DNA of 64,000 nt from a virus (Duplodnaviria; Caudoviricetes). The stretch is from positions 1 to 64,000 of IMG/VR virus record IMGVR_UViG_3300037991_002562; one strand, written 5' to 3'. The notes under the pieces are model-generated. The model had not been told where the DNA came from. It did not search any database and worked only from the letters and a program-made list of their open reading frames with translations. Of this stretch, positions 9,263 to 18,654 are shown one piece after another; position 1 is the stretch's first letter, and each line of letters opens with the position of its first letter. Both the position numbers and the translations under genes were made by a program.

Positions 9263-9604
9263 TTACTCCTGATCTTTGTCTGCTTCCACTCTCCATTTCC
9301 ACCCAGAATTGGTGTAGAAGCCAAAAAATACAGCCCCTGCGCCGAACATCGTCGTGACTAGGGCTGTATAACCTACGGGCCTTCCGATTACGCCCACCTG
9401 TCTGCAAGCTAGTAGCTCTGCGGTTTTGATACTTTCCCCTTTATTAAGTACCACCTGCATCACTGCTGCGTCGCATTTTATTTCAGGAACTTCCTTATAC
9501 GAAATGTACCAATTCACAGACATTATAAGACCTACTGTGTATACTACAAGTACCATTCTAGGAAATATCCTAAACATGTCTAAGTATTTGGCTATTTTAG
9601 ACAT
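9263..9604 (-). CDS. Two-TM membrane protein, holin candidate
   Basis: RIFPR plus two TM helices; heads the spanin operon. Confidence 0.55.
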   Translation of the reverse strand: MSKIAKYLDMFRIFPRMVLVVYTVGLIMSVNWYISYKEVPEIKCDAAVMQVVLNKGESIKTAELLACRQVGVIGRPVGYTALVTTMFGAGAVFFGFYTNSGWKWRVEADKDQE

Positions 9605-9710
9605 AGGGTTGGAGGCCTGTTAAATTTAATAAATACATAAAAATTCCTCCTAGGACTACATTATATCAAAATATAACTTGAAGTCAACAGAAGAATTTTT
9701 ATACAGATAC

Positions 9711-9737
9711 AAAAAAGGAGGCCGAAGCCTCCTTTTA
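9711..9737. terminator. Bidirectional intrinsic terminator
   Basis: AAAAAAGGAGGC-CGAA-GCCTCCTTTT. Confidence 0.85.
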
Positions 9738-11117
9738 TAGGTAGTCGTACTTAGGTACGCACAGTGCGGATTTGACCATGTCTATAGGTGTTACCACTTC
9801 CCCAGACAATACTGTCTTCATAACCGCAGCTGAGAAACCTGATACTAAAACAGTACCACCCTGTCCAGCTCTAACGGGTACATTATCACGTCTGCTAGCA
9901 ATGTTCCAGAACACTAATTTAGGAGCAGTAAAACCTGAGGCTTCAAAGTCTCTAATAGTTTTCTCAGATACAGGGCTTGAACCGCAACGGTCGAATTCCA
10001 TATCAGACAGTACTATTAACGCATCTGGCAAATCTTCATCAGTCAGTCCATTAGCAACGGCCCTATCTAGAATAGTTTGCATAGCGAGGTTAATGTCAGT
10101 ATTCATACCCCAGTTTGCGTAGCTTAGGTTACGAAGACGAGTTTCTAAGGTATCACCACAAAGTTCTTGCATTCTAGGACGTTCAGAGAACGTTAGGAAC
10201 TGGTCTTTGAACACTCCTTTGTTTCTCTCGGCTAAGTAAATACCAAGAGACATTGCTACTTGCATAGCAGTGTATTTAGTAGTCCCAGCTGCAACACACA
10301 TAGACGCTGAAACGTCTATCATAGGCAAAAAGCTGCCTTCGCCAACGTAATCTGGCAAACCTTTCCACTGAGCTTCTCGAAGCTGCCCTGAGCTATTTGC
10401 TACAATCTCATAAGGGTATAGCACGCTAGAGTTAACCTTAGCCTCGCCCTTTTCAAGGGCGGATAGATACTCTTCGTATCTTTCACCGTCATTGCGAGCA
10501 AACGCTTTACGGTAAAGCAGTTGAGCACGAGAAGGTAACTTACTGTACTCAATTTGATCCCACTCACGATTACACATCTGAGTCTCAACTACATTAGTAG
10601 TCTCAACTAACAGCTTGCGCAAAGTTTTTGGCGGAACGCCAAGGTGACGGCGCACTTCTTCGAAGATTGTATCTTTTCGAGGCATCCACTTAGCTGCTAG
10701 AGCATTTTTCTCAACCGCAATAGCGCGTAGCCATACGGTGATAGCGTGTGCCTTAATGTCTCCACCAAGTTCAATTACTGGAATTAGGTCGTCGAAGCGA
10801 CCAATCTCAGGGATTTTTGATACAATGGCTTTACCTGTCTCTAGGTCAACCAGTTTAAGGATTTGTTTAATCCATTGGCGAAAGTGTTTTCGTTCACCGT
10901 AACCACCACGAGGGTCACGGGTATACAGAGCTAAGCGAATAGCTAAGTCTGGGTTTTCTTTAAAAGCCTGTAAGAATTCACCTACTAGGTTAGTTCCACG
11001 GCTAGAACCTGCACGACCGAATAAGTCTACTAGGAATGAACCTGATGTAGAGTTTGTTACTGCTCCATTGTCTGTTAGAGCGTCAGCTAGTGTCATTGCG
11101 TTAAATAGTTTGTTCAT
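9735..11117 (-). CDS. DUF2828 / Ro60(TROVE)-like protein with C-terminal vWA domain
   Basis: TDNGA, RDPRGGYGERK, GRFDDL, LAAKWMPR, VETQMC; MIDAS DVSASM and SDMEFD; VFWN; LVSGFS. Confidence 0.85.
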   Translation of the reverse strand: MNKLFNAMTLADALTDNGAVTNSTSGSFLVDLFGRAGSSRGTNLVGEFLQAFKENPDLAIRLALYTRDPRGGYGERKHFRQWIKQILKLVDLETGKAIVSKIPEIGRFDDLIPVIELGGDIKAHAITVWLRAIAVEKNALAAKWMPRKDTIFEEVRRHLGVPPKTLRKLLVETTNVVETQMCNREWDQIEYSKLPSRAQLLYRKAFARNDGERYEEYLSALEKGEAKVNSSVLYPYEIVANSSGQLREAQWKGLPDYVGEGSFLPMIDVSASMCVAAGTTKYTAMQVAMSLGIYLAERNKGVFKDQFLTFSERPRMQELCGDTLETRLRNLSYANWGMNTDINLAMQTILDRAVANGLTDEDLPDALIVLSDMEFDRCGSSPVSEKTIRDFEASGFTAPKLVFWNIASRRDNVPVRAGQGGTVLVSGFSAAVMKTVLSGEVVTPIDMVKSALCVPKYDYL

Positions 11118-11442
11118 TTTTGATTCCTTTTAATGCTGTAATATGCTCGGAAATTGGGATTAGCAAATAAAACAATGCTAAGTAAATGTTTGATACTGCC
11201 CAGATTATGCAGAAGATTACTGCTACAAAACCTAGGAAGCCTTTAAAAGTTTTCTCTCTATACCGGTAGGAACGGATTCTAAATTCCATATCACCACCAG
11301 TAAAGTAATCTTTTATTGCTACTGCTACGTTAGTAGAGATAAATAAGGCTAGAGCTACGTTAAATCCATACGCTATCCACGTAAGGATTGTTACAATTAG
11401 TGATACCGCACCGATAATTTGATTTTCTTTACTTACTTTCAT
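11101..11442 (-). CDS. Multi-TM membrane protein
   Basis: Several hydrophobic helices; overlaps the DUF2828 start. Confidence 0.65.
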   Translation of the reverse strand: MKVSKENQIIGAVSLIVTILTWIAYGFNVALALFISTNVAVAIKDYFTGGDMEFRIRSYRYREKTFKGFLGFVAVIFCIIWAVSNIYLALFYLLIPISEHITALKGIKNEQTI

Positions 11443-11675
11443 TAATTTTCCCTTAGTAGCACAACATTGTGCAGTGATTGAATGTATATTGCTTTGTTAA
11501 CTTGCTCAAAAAGTTTTAATAACAGCTTAGAGTCTGTTGTCATAAAAGACTTTCTAGGAATAGAAACTCTGCGCTTGTTTTTTGTTATAATGTGGTAGAA
11601 GTCTTTGTCTTGACCTACTTTTTCAACGTGAATCATCATATCGGGGTGTATAAGACCGTTTAAATCCCAAGCCAT
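11442..11675 (-). CDS. Hypothetical protein
   Basis: GAGG RBS; follows the promoter at 11688-11716 (TTGCAA-17-TATAAT). Confidence 0.65.
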   Translation of the reverse strand: MAWDLNGLIHPDMMIHVEKVGQDKDFYHIITKNKRRVSIPRKSFMTTDSKLLLKLFEQVNKAIYIQSLHNVVLLREN

Positions 11676-11736
11676 ATCGTTTTCCTCATTATACGTTGAA
11701 ATATGTTGTTTTGCAAATCTTTTTTAAAGTTATTTG

Positions 11737-11810
11737 TGGTGACTGACGGGGTTCGAACCCGCATAATCTAGAATCACAATCTAGGACATTTCCAAATCTG
11801 CCACAGCCAC
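11737..11810 (-). tRNA. tRNA-His(GTG)
   Basis: CTAGA-TTGTGAT-TCTAG anticodon arm; GGTTCGAACC T arm; CCA. Confidence 0.85.
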
Positions 11811-11825
11811 ACTAAATAACTCTAA

Positions 11826-12300
11826 TCACCGTACCGAGGAAGTGTACTAAGCTTTCTCTATGATTTTTTGTTACTCTGTCTTACCAGAGTAGGTACAGAT
11901 ACGGGAAAGAGCTTTCGGGTTTTGGTAGTACTACAGACCCGCCGGACACAGTCCGTCGAAGGGGAGTCGAACCCCTTACCTATCCCTATTTAGGAGTGAG
12001 AGTACGAAAGAGATAGCTAGTCTCGTTCATGGGATGATCAATCCCTAATTACTACACTCCATATAACCACTCAATTATATGGAGTGTCTCTGGCGGATTC
12101 TCACACCGATTTTATACAGACCCAGAGACTGCCTGACCGCGTTCCTGCGGCAGTGGGATACTTTATATAACAAAAGAAACAAAACTTGACACGTTTAAGT
12201 GAAAGTGAAAGTGCCCAAGACCTTGGAATTTTATACTGGATTCCAACAGTACCACTCTATTACATCTAGGGCGGGATGGCGTAGTTCCGCTACGCTCGGG
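11826..12300 (-). ncRNA. Candidate large structured ncRNA (about 470 nt)
   Basis: No long ORF, many hairpins, one T-arm mimic AAGGGGTTCGACTCCCCTT. Confidence 0.45.
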
Positions 12301-12309
12301 AGATTTTTA

Positions 12310-12633
12310 CTAGATATATAGGCCATCATGCTTTTCGGAGTTGTAAACTTCAGCATAGTAATCTAATTGCCCAACTTCACCATATCCTTCGAATTCTAGC
12401 TCAGCTTCCTCTTCCTCAGTTAAGTTCTCAGCCACTGCCCCTACAGTATCTAAGTCACCGAAAGCATCTTCGTCTTGGTAGTATCCAAAAGACTCGGCAT
12501 TTTCAATAGCCAACTCCCTAACTATTTCCAGTGCTGCTTCTTCGTTTTTCGCCTCTAGTAATCCAGTAGACTCGCAACCTACAAAACCAAAAGACACTCT
12601 ATAGAAATACTTAATCATTAAGATTCTCCTCAA
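12310..12633 (-). CDS. Acidic hypothetical protein
   Basis: Glu/Asp-rich; GAGG RBS before MIKYF. Confidence 0.7.
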   Translation of the reverse strand: MRRILMIKYFYRVSFGFVGCESTGLLEAKNEEAALEIVRELAIENAESFGYYQDEDAFGDLDTVGAVAENLTEEEEAELEFEGYGEVGQLDYYAEVYNSEKHDGLYI

Positions 12634-12649
12634 TCATTCAATACAAGTA

Positions 12650-13168
12650 TTATACGTTAATTTTGCTTGTTTGGCTAATGATTTTTTCTTTTGATATAGG
12701 CTTCCAGCTTTCTAATTGTTCCATAGATACGTTTACATATCTAGGGTCTGGTACTACATGACTGTGTAAATGTCCGTGAATATTTAGTTTTGCTCTATAT
12801 TCTAGTTGACTAGGATGGATTGGCATATGTGTAATGATAACATTACCAAACCCCTTCCAGCGGTCTTCTAAGCATCCTGCTAGTTTTACGTTTGGAAGTG
12901 CTTCTTGTATTAAATGAACTTTGCTAGGGTAATCATGGTTTCCTAGCACTACTGTAATGTTTTTGCAATGCAATGCTGACAATCGCCAAAACTCAGAATT
13001 GAATGCTAAGTCTCCTAGTAGGTATAGCTTATCTACAGGCTTAACAGTATCATTAATAGCCTCAATAATGGTTTTATTATGTGTTTCTAAGTCTGTAAAG
13101 TCACGACCAAACTCAAGAATCCGTCTGTGTCCCAAATGCAAGTCGCTGGCAAAGTACGTTGTATTCAT
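12650..13168 (-). CDS. Calcineurin-like metallophosphoesterase
   Basis: SDLHLGH, LGD, GNHD, THMP, HGHLH. Confidence 0.9.
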   Translation of the reverse strand: MNTTYFASDLHLGHRRILEFGRDFTDLETHNKTIIEAINDTVKPVDKLYLLGDLAFNSEFWRLSALHCKNITVVLGNHDYPSKVHLIQEALPNVKLAGCLEDRWKGFGNVIITHMPIHPSQLEYRAKLNIHGHLHSHVVPDPRYVNVSMEQLESWKPISKEKIISQTSKINV

Positions 13169-13400
13169 TTAAAAATTCCTCTGGTGTTACGTCTCTGTAG
13201 TATATTTCATCTACTTCAGCAATTGGGTGGTGACTAGCGTATTGAGGGTCTCCGGTATCGTAAACTTGCCCTCGTCTATGCACAGACCTAGTAAGTACAA
13301 GACATTGTACTAATCTTTTACGCAACCATAAAAATCCGTAACGCTCTATACGAGACTCTACCCTAAAGCGGTAATCGTCGGTTGGAGTTTCTGTTACCAT
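13113..13400 (-). CDS. Hypothetical protein
   Basis: 95-aa ORF. Confidence 0.55.
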   Translation of the reverse strand: MVTETPTDDYRFRVESRIERYGFLWLRKRLVQCLVLTRSVHRRGQVYDTGDPQYASHHPIAEVDEIYYRDVTPEEFLNEYNVLCQRLAFGTQTDS

Positions 13401-13580
13401 TCTACTTCCGCTCTATCTAAGTACGTTCCAACCATAACTACATTTCCTGCTGCTAGGAAGTAGGTGATTGCTGCCATTAGGTAATTGTGAGTATCCCCTA
13501 ATACAGAGATAGCTAAGTAGGCCGCCACTGCAATGGCTGCTAGTTCTCTTTTAGTATTCATGTTACTTCCTCGTTAATAA

Positions 13581-13746
13581 ATATTTGGTCTGCGCTTAAA
13601 GTAGCGAGAGGCACACGCGGTTAGGCTTCAGCTACTGAGAGTCCACTAGTTATCCAGACTACTCGACCTACGAAAGTCAAGAACTGCAATACGCAGCGGT
13701 GGCTTTTTTGGATACCCGCATCACAGCATAAGCGCATACCAAATAT
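13581..13746 (-). ncRNA. Candidate 165-nt structured RNA
   Basis: Closing stem ATATTTGGTATGCGCTTA / TAAGCGCAGACCAAATAT with internal hairpins. Confidence 0.5.
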
Positions 13747-14009
13747 CTATTTAAAAAGTGGCTGACTGGGGTGGACAGCCAGCACTTTTACCATTTAACA
13801 AACACAAAGGAGATCAAATGCACTACACCCTAACTTTATTATATAGCCGAAGCTACGGCTGACATTTTTGGCTTTGACGTGCCCTAGAGGATTACACCCC
13901 GTCCTCTAGTCGGGTACTGAGGGCTTGCTTAAACTGCAAGTAAGCCCCAATCTTTAATATGTATATATTATACGTTAAATTAACTTGTTTAGCAAATGAT
14001 TTAATAATC

Positions 14010-14137
14010 TGGAGCAGAGAGAAGGAATCGAACCTCCGCCAATCTTTTATGAGAAGAAAGCTAAATAGTTGCTGCAAGTATTCTTCAAGACAGAATACCT
14101 TGTTTGCTGTATTATGCTACCACTACACCATCTCTGC
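14010..14137 (-). ncRNA. tRNA(CAT)-like gene with a ~54-nt insertion carrying two ACAGCAA-type motifs
   Basis: Acceptor GCAGAGA/TCTCTGC, D arm, TCTT-CTCATAA-AAGA, T arm GGAGGTTCGATTCCTTC, CCA; insertion lies on the 5' side of the anticodon arm. Confidence 0.75.
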
Positions 14138-14239
14138 ATGGGTACCCTAGGAAGTGCACTCCCTAAGTTTAGTATTATAGACCTGACCGGCTCGGCTCGG
14201 ATTATTATAGTGGGGTCAATCACTCTACGTTTTATAAGG

Positions 14240-14437
14240 CTAACGTATTACCTCAGAATTTATAAACTTCTCTGAGCTAAGGTCTAGGGCTCTAACTTCG
14301 AAATCCCAGTACAGTGGGGAGTATAGCTCTTCCTCTACTATAGTTACCGCTTTTTCTGACGCTTGCGATGGAGTTAGGTTATCACTAATCTCTACCTGCA
14401 CTGTTTTAGTAATCTTTACTTCTACTTCAACAAACAC
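14240..14437 (-). CDS. Hypothetical protein
   Basis: GGAGG RBS; coupled to the upstream ORF. Confidence 0.6.
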   Translation of the reverse strand: MFVEVEVKITKTVQVEISDNLTPSQASEKAVTIVEEELYSPLYWDFEVRALDLSSEKFINSEVIR

Positions 14438-14709
14438 TAGTATTCCTCCGCTACTTCACAATCTGAACAAACTCCATCGTGGTCAGGATGTTCGTACCAA
14501 TTACCTTCTGAAATCCAACCACACTCAGGACACTCATCACAGTCAAATCCGTGTTGTTGGACTAATAACACTGCGTCTACGTAGGTATCGAATACTGGTT
14601 GTTTGTATTCTTTTGCTAGGTCATTTAACCGCTCTAAGACTACCGAATCCATAGCAATACAACCTTGCAGTTCATCGTTTAACTCACTAACAAAAGTATG
14701 TAAATTCAT
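14437..14709 (-). CDS. Zn-finger-like hypothetical protein
   Basis: CDECPECG...CSDC; promoter at 14740-14768. Confidence 0.7.
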   Translation of the reverse strand: MNLHTFVSELNDELQGCIAMDSVVLERLNDLAKEYKQPVFDTYVDAVLLVQQHGFDCDECPECGWISEGNWYEHPDHDGVCSDCEVAEEY

Positions 14710-14932
14710 TGCGTTTTCCTCATTTCTTAATATGTGTATATTATACGTTGAAATGGGTTATTTTGCAAATGATTTAATAATTAATTTGAATGTCGTACCA
14801 AGTTCCGAACCAGTTAAAGTAAAATCTATAAATTATACTCTTTTTGTAGTATAGTACCTTAGGTATAATTGTAGTGGATATATTTAGTCTATAAGTGCTT
14901 GGTCTTTTACACATTTTTACTGCTGAAATCAT

Positions 14933-15172
14933 TTAGTCGCGCCCTAGTAGTAGATTTATAGGTATCTTCTTACCTGAGTTACACGTAAATGTATGCTGGT
15001 CGTAAGACTTTAATTCTCCAAATCCGTTAAGCTCGCAAAAGTCGTTATAGGATTCTAGTTTAACTAGCGTTGCTTTGTACTCAAAGTCTGTGTTACTTTC
15101 TACACCTGATCCTATAACTAAACCTAATGCGAAAGCCATCATGATTGTAATGAAAGCGATTGTGGCTGGCAT
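14933..15172 (-). CDS. Small secreted or membrane protein
   Basis: N-terminal hydrophobic helix; AAGGAG RBS. Confidence 0.65.
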   Translation of the reverse strand: MPATIAFITIMMAFALGLVIGSGVESNTDFEYKATLVKLESYNDFCELNGFGELKSYDQHTFTCNSGKKIPINLLLGRD

Positions 15173-15256
15173 ATATATATCTCCTTTATTAAATAAAAAG
15201 AAACCCCTGCTTTTACACAGGGGTTATTGACACCTCGGTAGCGAATTTCCAAGTCG

Positions 15257-15736
15257 TCAAAGGTTTGGAAACCAACAAATGTCTGAGAACGTTTCTATAA
15301 ACTTCTCTTTGTTGTTTCCGAAGTAAGTAAAACATGAACCCCTAGAGCCTTTACCTTTGTAAGTCCCATCGGGTAGCATAAAGCTAAGTCTTCCAGTTGT
15401 GTAGGCTTGTAGTCCAGAGCGCAGAGGTACAGACCATAATGTATCTGTTCCGGCGTTGGTTAGCATAATCCCCTCTGTCATGTTACCGTTTTGATATTCG
15501 GCTAGGAACTTCGCTGTAAAGTGCTTTAAAAGCTTTGCGGAGTAAGGCGGATTACACCAGACTCTCCCAATCCAGGGCTTTTCAAGCCCAGAATCTTCAG
15601 CAGTATAAATTTTTGAAGCTCCGACAGTGCGGTTTGCATATTCACAACTAGCAGGGTCTAAGTCAATAGTTCCCAGTACAAGTTTAGCTTTTTCTATAAT
15701 ATAAGGTGGAGTGTACCACTCACAATTCATGTTCAT
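15257..15736 (-). CDS. Phage DNA N6-adenine methyltransferase
   Basis: EWYTP, IDLDPAS, GRVWCNPPYS, GRLSF. Confidence 0.85.
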   Translation of the reverse strand: MNMNCEWYTPPYIIEKAKLVLGTIDLDPASCEYANRTVGASKIYTAEDSGLEKPWIGRVWCNPPYSAKLLKHFTAKFLAEYQNGNMTEGIMLTNAGTDTLWSVPLRSGLQAYTTGRLSFMLPDGTYKGKGSRGSCFTYFGNNKEKFIETFSDICWFPNL

Positions 15737-15749
15737 GTTTTCCTTAAAA

Positions 15750-15825
15750 TGGCACTGGCAGCAGGACTCGAACCTACAACCTCTCCGTTCGTAGCGGAGT
15801 GCTCTTCCAGTTGAGCTATGCCAGC
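15750..15825 (-). tRNA. tRNA-Arg(ACG)
   Basis: CTCCG-CTACGAA-CGGAG; CCA. Confidence 0.9.
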
Positions 15826-16244
15826 TTTGGTGTTTCTATTTTTACAATAAGAATATCTTTAGGCATTCCTCTTGTATAGTGTTCTAAAATTTCCCATGTT
15901 GGAGGATACTCGTCAATTAAAATAAGTAGTTTTCCTAAGCCTCTTATTTCTACAAAATGTGTCTTTGCGTGTTTATCTATCCTAACAGAATCAGGATTCA
16001 TGTTATCTAGCATTTCTTTAATAAACACTGACTTTCCCGACGCTCTAGGTAGTCCCCAAGAGTAATGCATAAACTCCTTTGCAGACACTAGAGGGTTGTA
16101 GTATCCTCGGAAATTATTGTAACCAGTTAGTCCTTGCTTTAACATAGGATTATCCAATGTAGGACATGACCAGTACCTTGAATCTATTAGTTTGGATTTG
16201 TGAAGCCAGTCATTGATTAGTTTTAGAACGTCAGTTTGCCACAT
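15816..16244 (-). CDS. Hypothetical protein with P-loop-like motif
   Basis: PRASGKS and ILIDE. Confidence 0.65.
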   Translation of the reverse strand: MWQTDVLKLINDWLHKSKLIDSRYWSCPTLDNPMLKQGLTGYNNFRGYYNPLVSAKEFMHYSWGLPRASGKSVFIKEMLDNMNPDSVRIDKHAKTHFVEIRGLGKLLILIDEYPPTWEILEHYTRGMPKDILIVKIETPKLA

Positions 16245-16261
16245 ATTTCCTCTTTTTGATT

Positions 16262-16338
16262 TGGAAGACTAGAGAGGAATCGAACCCCTATGAGCTGGAT
16301 TTGCAATCCAGTGCCTATATCCCTTCAGCCACTAGTCC
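16262..16338 (-). tRNA. tRNA-Cys(GCA)
   Basis: CTGGA-TTGCAAA-TCCAG; CCA. Confidence 0.9.
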
Positions 16339-16725
16339 GTTGTTATAGTTTTCAGTTAATTCTTCATGGTTCTTCATAGCCCCAGGACTTAGAAACCTTT
16401 CTCCTACCTCCATAAGATGGTTGTTTAGGTAGAATGGTACTAAAACCACATCTGCATTATGTCCTGGCTCTATCTTTATCTTACCAGTAGCTCCTAAATG
16501 CTTTCTTAGAGCAGTGAACGCAGGAGGGTAATCGAAAGAAGTTATACCAAATTTCTTGTATTCTGAATCATAGTAAGTAATACCGGAATATAAGCTGCAC
16601 ATATACTCAGGATTTAAGAAGTAATACTCGGGCATTCCTAAGTCTAGTTTCAATTGAAAGTACCTCCCACTTTTTCTAGCAAAATCTATCATTAAGTCTA
16701 GCATACAATTATCTCGTTGCTCCAC
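16315..16725 (-). CDS. Hypothetical protein
   Basis: 136-aa ORF. Confidence 0.65.
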   Translation of the reverse strand: MEQRDNCMLDLMIDFARKSGRYFQLKLDLGMPEYYFLNPEYMCSLYSGITYYDSEYKKFGITSFDYPPAFTALRKHLGATGKIKIEPGHNADVVLVPFYLNNHLMEVGERFLSPGAMKNHEELTENYNNGLVAEGI

Positions 16726-16795
16726 CTACAGCCTTCTACTGCACCTTAAAAGATTCACTCGCAGAACGGAAGTGATGGTAGTTTCTTTTTGCAAA

Positions 16796-16884
<89 letters not shown>

Positions 16885-16886
<2 letters not shown>

Positions 16887-17121
16887 ATTTATCGAAACAA
16901 GTTAATCCTGATGCCTTGTCCCCACCAGAGACAAGTATAAGGCATGATTTTTCTGGATGTCCTACTGGAGTAAACTCGTAAATATCAGGATTAGAACCCC
17001 AGCCGTCTACTTCGTAGACGCGCACTGGGTTTAGTAATACTCCACCACCGTTGTCACTAGATTGGGGAGTACATGCTGCTGTTAAAAATACAGCTGAAAA
17101 AATAATTGCTAATTGCTTCAT
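16885..17121 (-). CDS. Lipoprotein
   Basis: Lipobox LTAAC. Confidence 0.7.
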
Positions 17122-17138
17122 TTTATTCCTTGGTTGAT

Positions 17139-17213
17139 TGGTGGAGACACCGTGGGTCGAACACGGCGGTTTTGCCTTATGAGAGCAAACTGAGCACCTA
17201 CCGCTCCATCTCC
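17139..17213 (-). tRNA. tRNA with CAT anticodon (Met/Ile2), atypical
   Basis: TTGCT-CTCATAA-GGCAA; CCA. Confidence 0.7.
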
Positions 17214-17525
17214 TTTAACAAATTACCTCTAATTTTGAAACCGGTTTGGATTCAATAGATCGTCTAATCTTTTCTTCTAGACGTTTACGTTCCATGAACA
17301 TAGCAAACTGTACCACAGCTTGTCGCTCTTCGGGCGACAGTTTTTGTGTAGTAATAAACTCGTCTAATGCTTTTTTACAGTTCATAACTTTTCCTAATAA
17401 GTGGCAAGTCCTAGAGAGCTGGTAATGACTTGCCTAGTCCAGTTTGGCGGCTTGGAATCCACCTCTTTGTTTACCAATAAGCTCTGTGTAAGGTTTGGAA
17501 GCTTACAACGCGCTTATAGTGAACT

Positions 17526-17618
17526 TGGCGGAGAGTAGAGGAGTCGAACCCCTGCCCATTCTTCACGGACACCTCTTGTTTTCAAGACAAGCTGCCGACC
17601 AACTCAGCGGTACTCTCC
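17526..17618 (-). tRNA. tRNA-Ser(TGA)
   Basis: CTTGT-CTTGAAA-ACAAG; long variable arm. Confidence 0.9.
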
Positions 17619-17944
17619 AAATGTTCTTTTACTTTTTTCCATCCTAAGTCGTGACCACTACCGTACTCAGGTCTGTGATGCACTACAATGTGGGCTACTT
17701 CATGCGCGATTGCGTTTTCCACCATCACGTCAAAGTGGTTTAATATAAATTCTGGGTTGAACACAACCATACCATCACCTTCGTAAAATGTTCTCGCAGG
17801 AACGCTTAAAGGAGCAGCTATTACTGATACATTGCTAAGGTCTAGGTTAAATTCCTGTTCAGCTACTTTTAATACTTGAAGTACTTGTTGTAAAAATAGC
17901 TTAATGGTCTGTTCTTCGTTCATTTGCATTCCTAATTTATTCAA
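17582..17944 (-). CDS. SprT-like zinc metalloprotease
   Basis: IAHEVAH...GHDLGWK. Confidence 0.75.
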   Translation of the reverse strand: MNKLGMQMNEEQTIKLFLQQVLQVLKVAEQEFNLDLSNVSVIAAPLSVPARTFYEGDGMVVFNPEFILNHFDVMVENAIAHEVAHIVVHHRPEYGSGHDLGWKKVKEHLESTAELVGSLS

Positions 17945-17985
17945 TACAAGTATTATACGTTAAAATAACTTGTTTAGCAAATGAT

Positions 17986-18390
17986 TTATTCTATTTTGCT
18001 AGCCATAACTAGTACACAACCATCTAAACTATGTACGTCTAAAGAATGCAATAGCTGGTGGTTGATTTCGTATAATTTACCGATTTCTAGCTGCTCTATA
18101 CCTTCTGAGTGGTATAGTGTTGCTCCTTTACTAGGGAGTATAACTGGTATAATGAACGTAGTAGTTCCGTATATATCAGTATCTAGTTTATCTGTGTGAG
18201 CTTCCGCTCCGTTAGCTGCCGAGAATAAGACCCAGTCTACTTTAGACTCTAACTTTTTGTTAAGTTGCTTAGTAAACATATCCAAAGGGTTTTTGAACTT
18301 ATGAAATTTAGTAGGAGTATTTACTTTATAGTTTTGCATTTTAATACTTCTAGCTACTTGTAGCAAACTTTGAGGTATGTGTATTTTCAT
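17986..18390 (-). CDS. Putative 2OG-Fe(II)/cupin-fold protein
   Basis: HTD...H iron-binding pattern with beta strands. Confidence 0.55.
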   Translation of the reverse strand: MKIHIPQSLLQVARSIKMQNYKVNTPTKFHKFKNPLDMFTKQLNKKLESKVDWVLFSAANGAEAHTDKLDTDIYGTTTFIIPVILPSKGATLYHSEGIEQLEIGKLYEINHQLLHSLDVHSLDGCVLVMASKIE

Positions 18391-18578
18391 AATGTTCCTT
18401 AAAAGCTTTCTAGGAAAGCATCTACTAATTCATGCGGCTTAGGCTGTTTATCGAGATACTCTTTACATATCTTTAACCAGAAGTCTCTCTGATTAACTAC
18501 TTTCTCTGCTGAGAGTTCAGGAGGCTCTGATGCTATTATACGAACTATTTCTTCTGCTGTCATATTTTAACCTGAAAT

Positions 18579-18654
18579 TGGCAAGGGTGGAGGGAATCGA
18601 ACCCGTCTCTGTGCGAAGGTTTGGAATCTTGCTGCATACCATATGCTCACCCCT
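18579..18654 (-). tRNA. tRNA-Trp(CCA)
   Basis: AGGGGTG acceptor; loop TTCCAAA; weak anticodon stem. Confidence 0.75.

Noticed and set aside
11131-11146. TACAGCAT just upstream of the DUF2828 start as another motif copy
   Set aside because: Imperfect motif inside a CDS with no closing stem.
11945-11985. tmRNA or tRNA gene suggested by a GGTTCGACTCCCC arm
   Set aside because: No matching acceptor stem, CCA end or tag ORF could be found.
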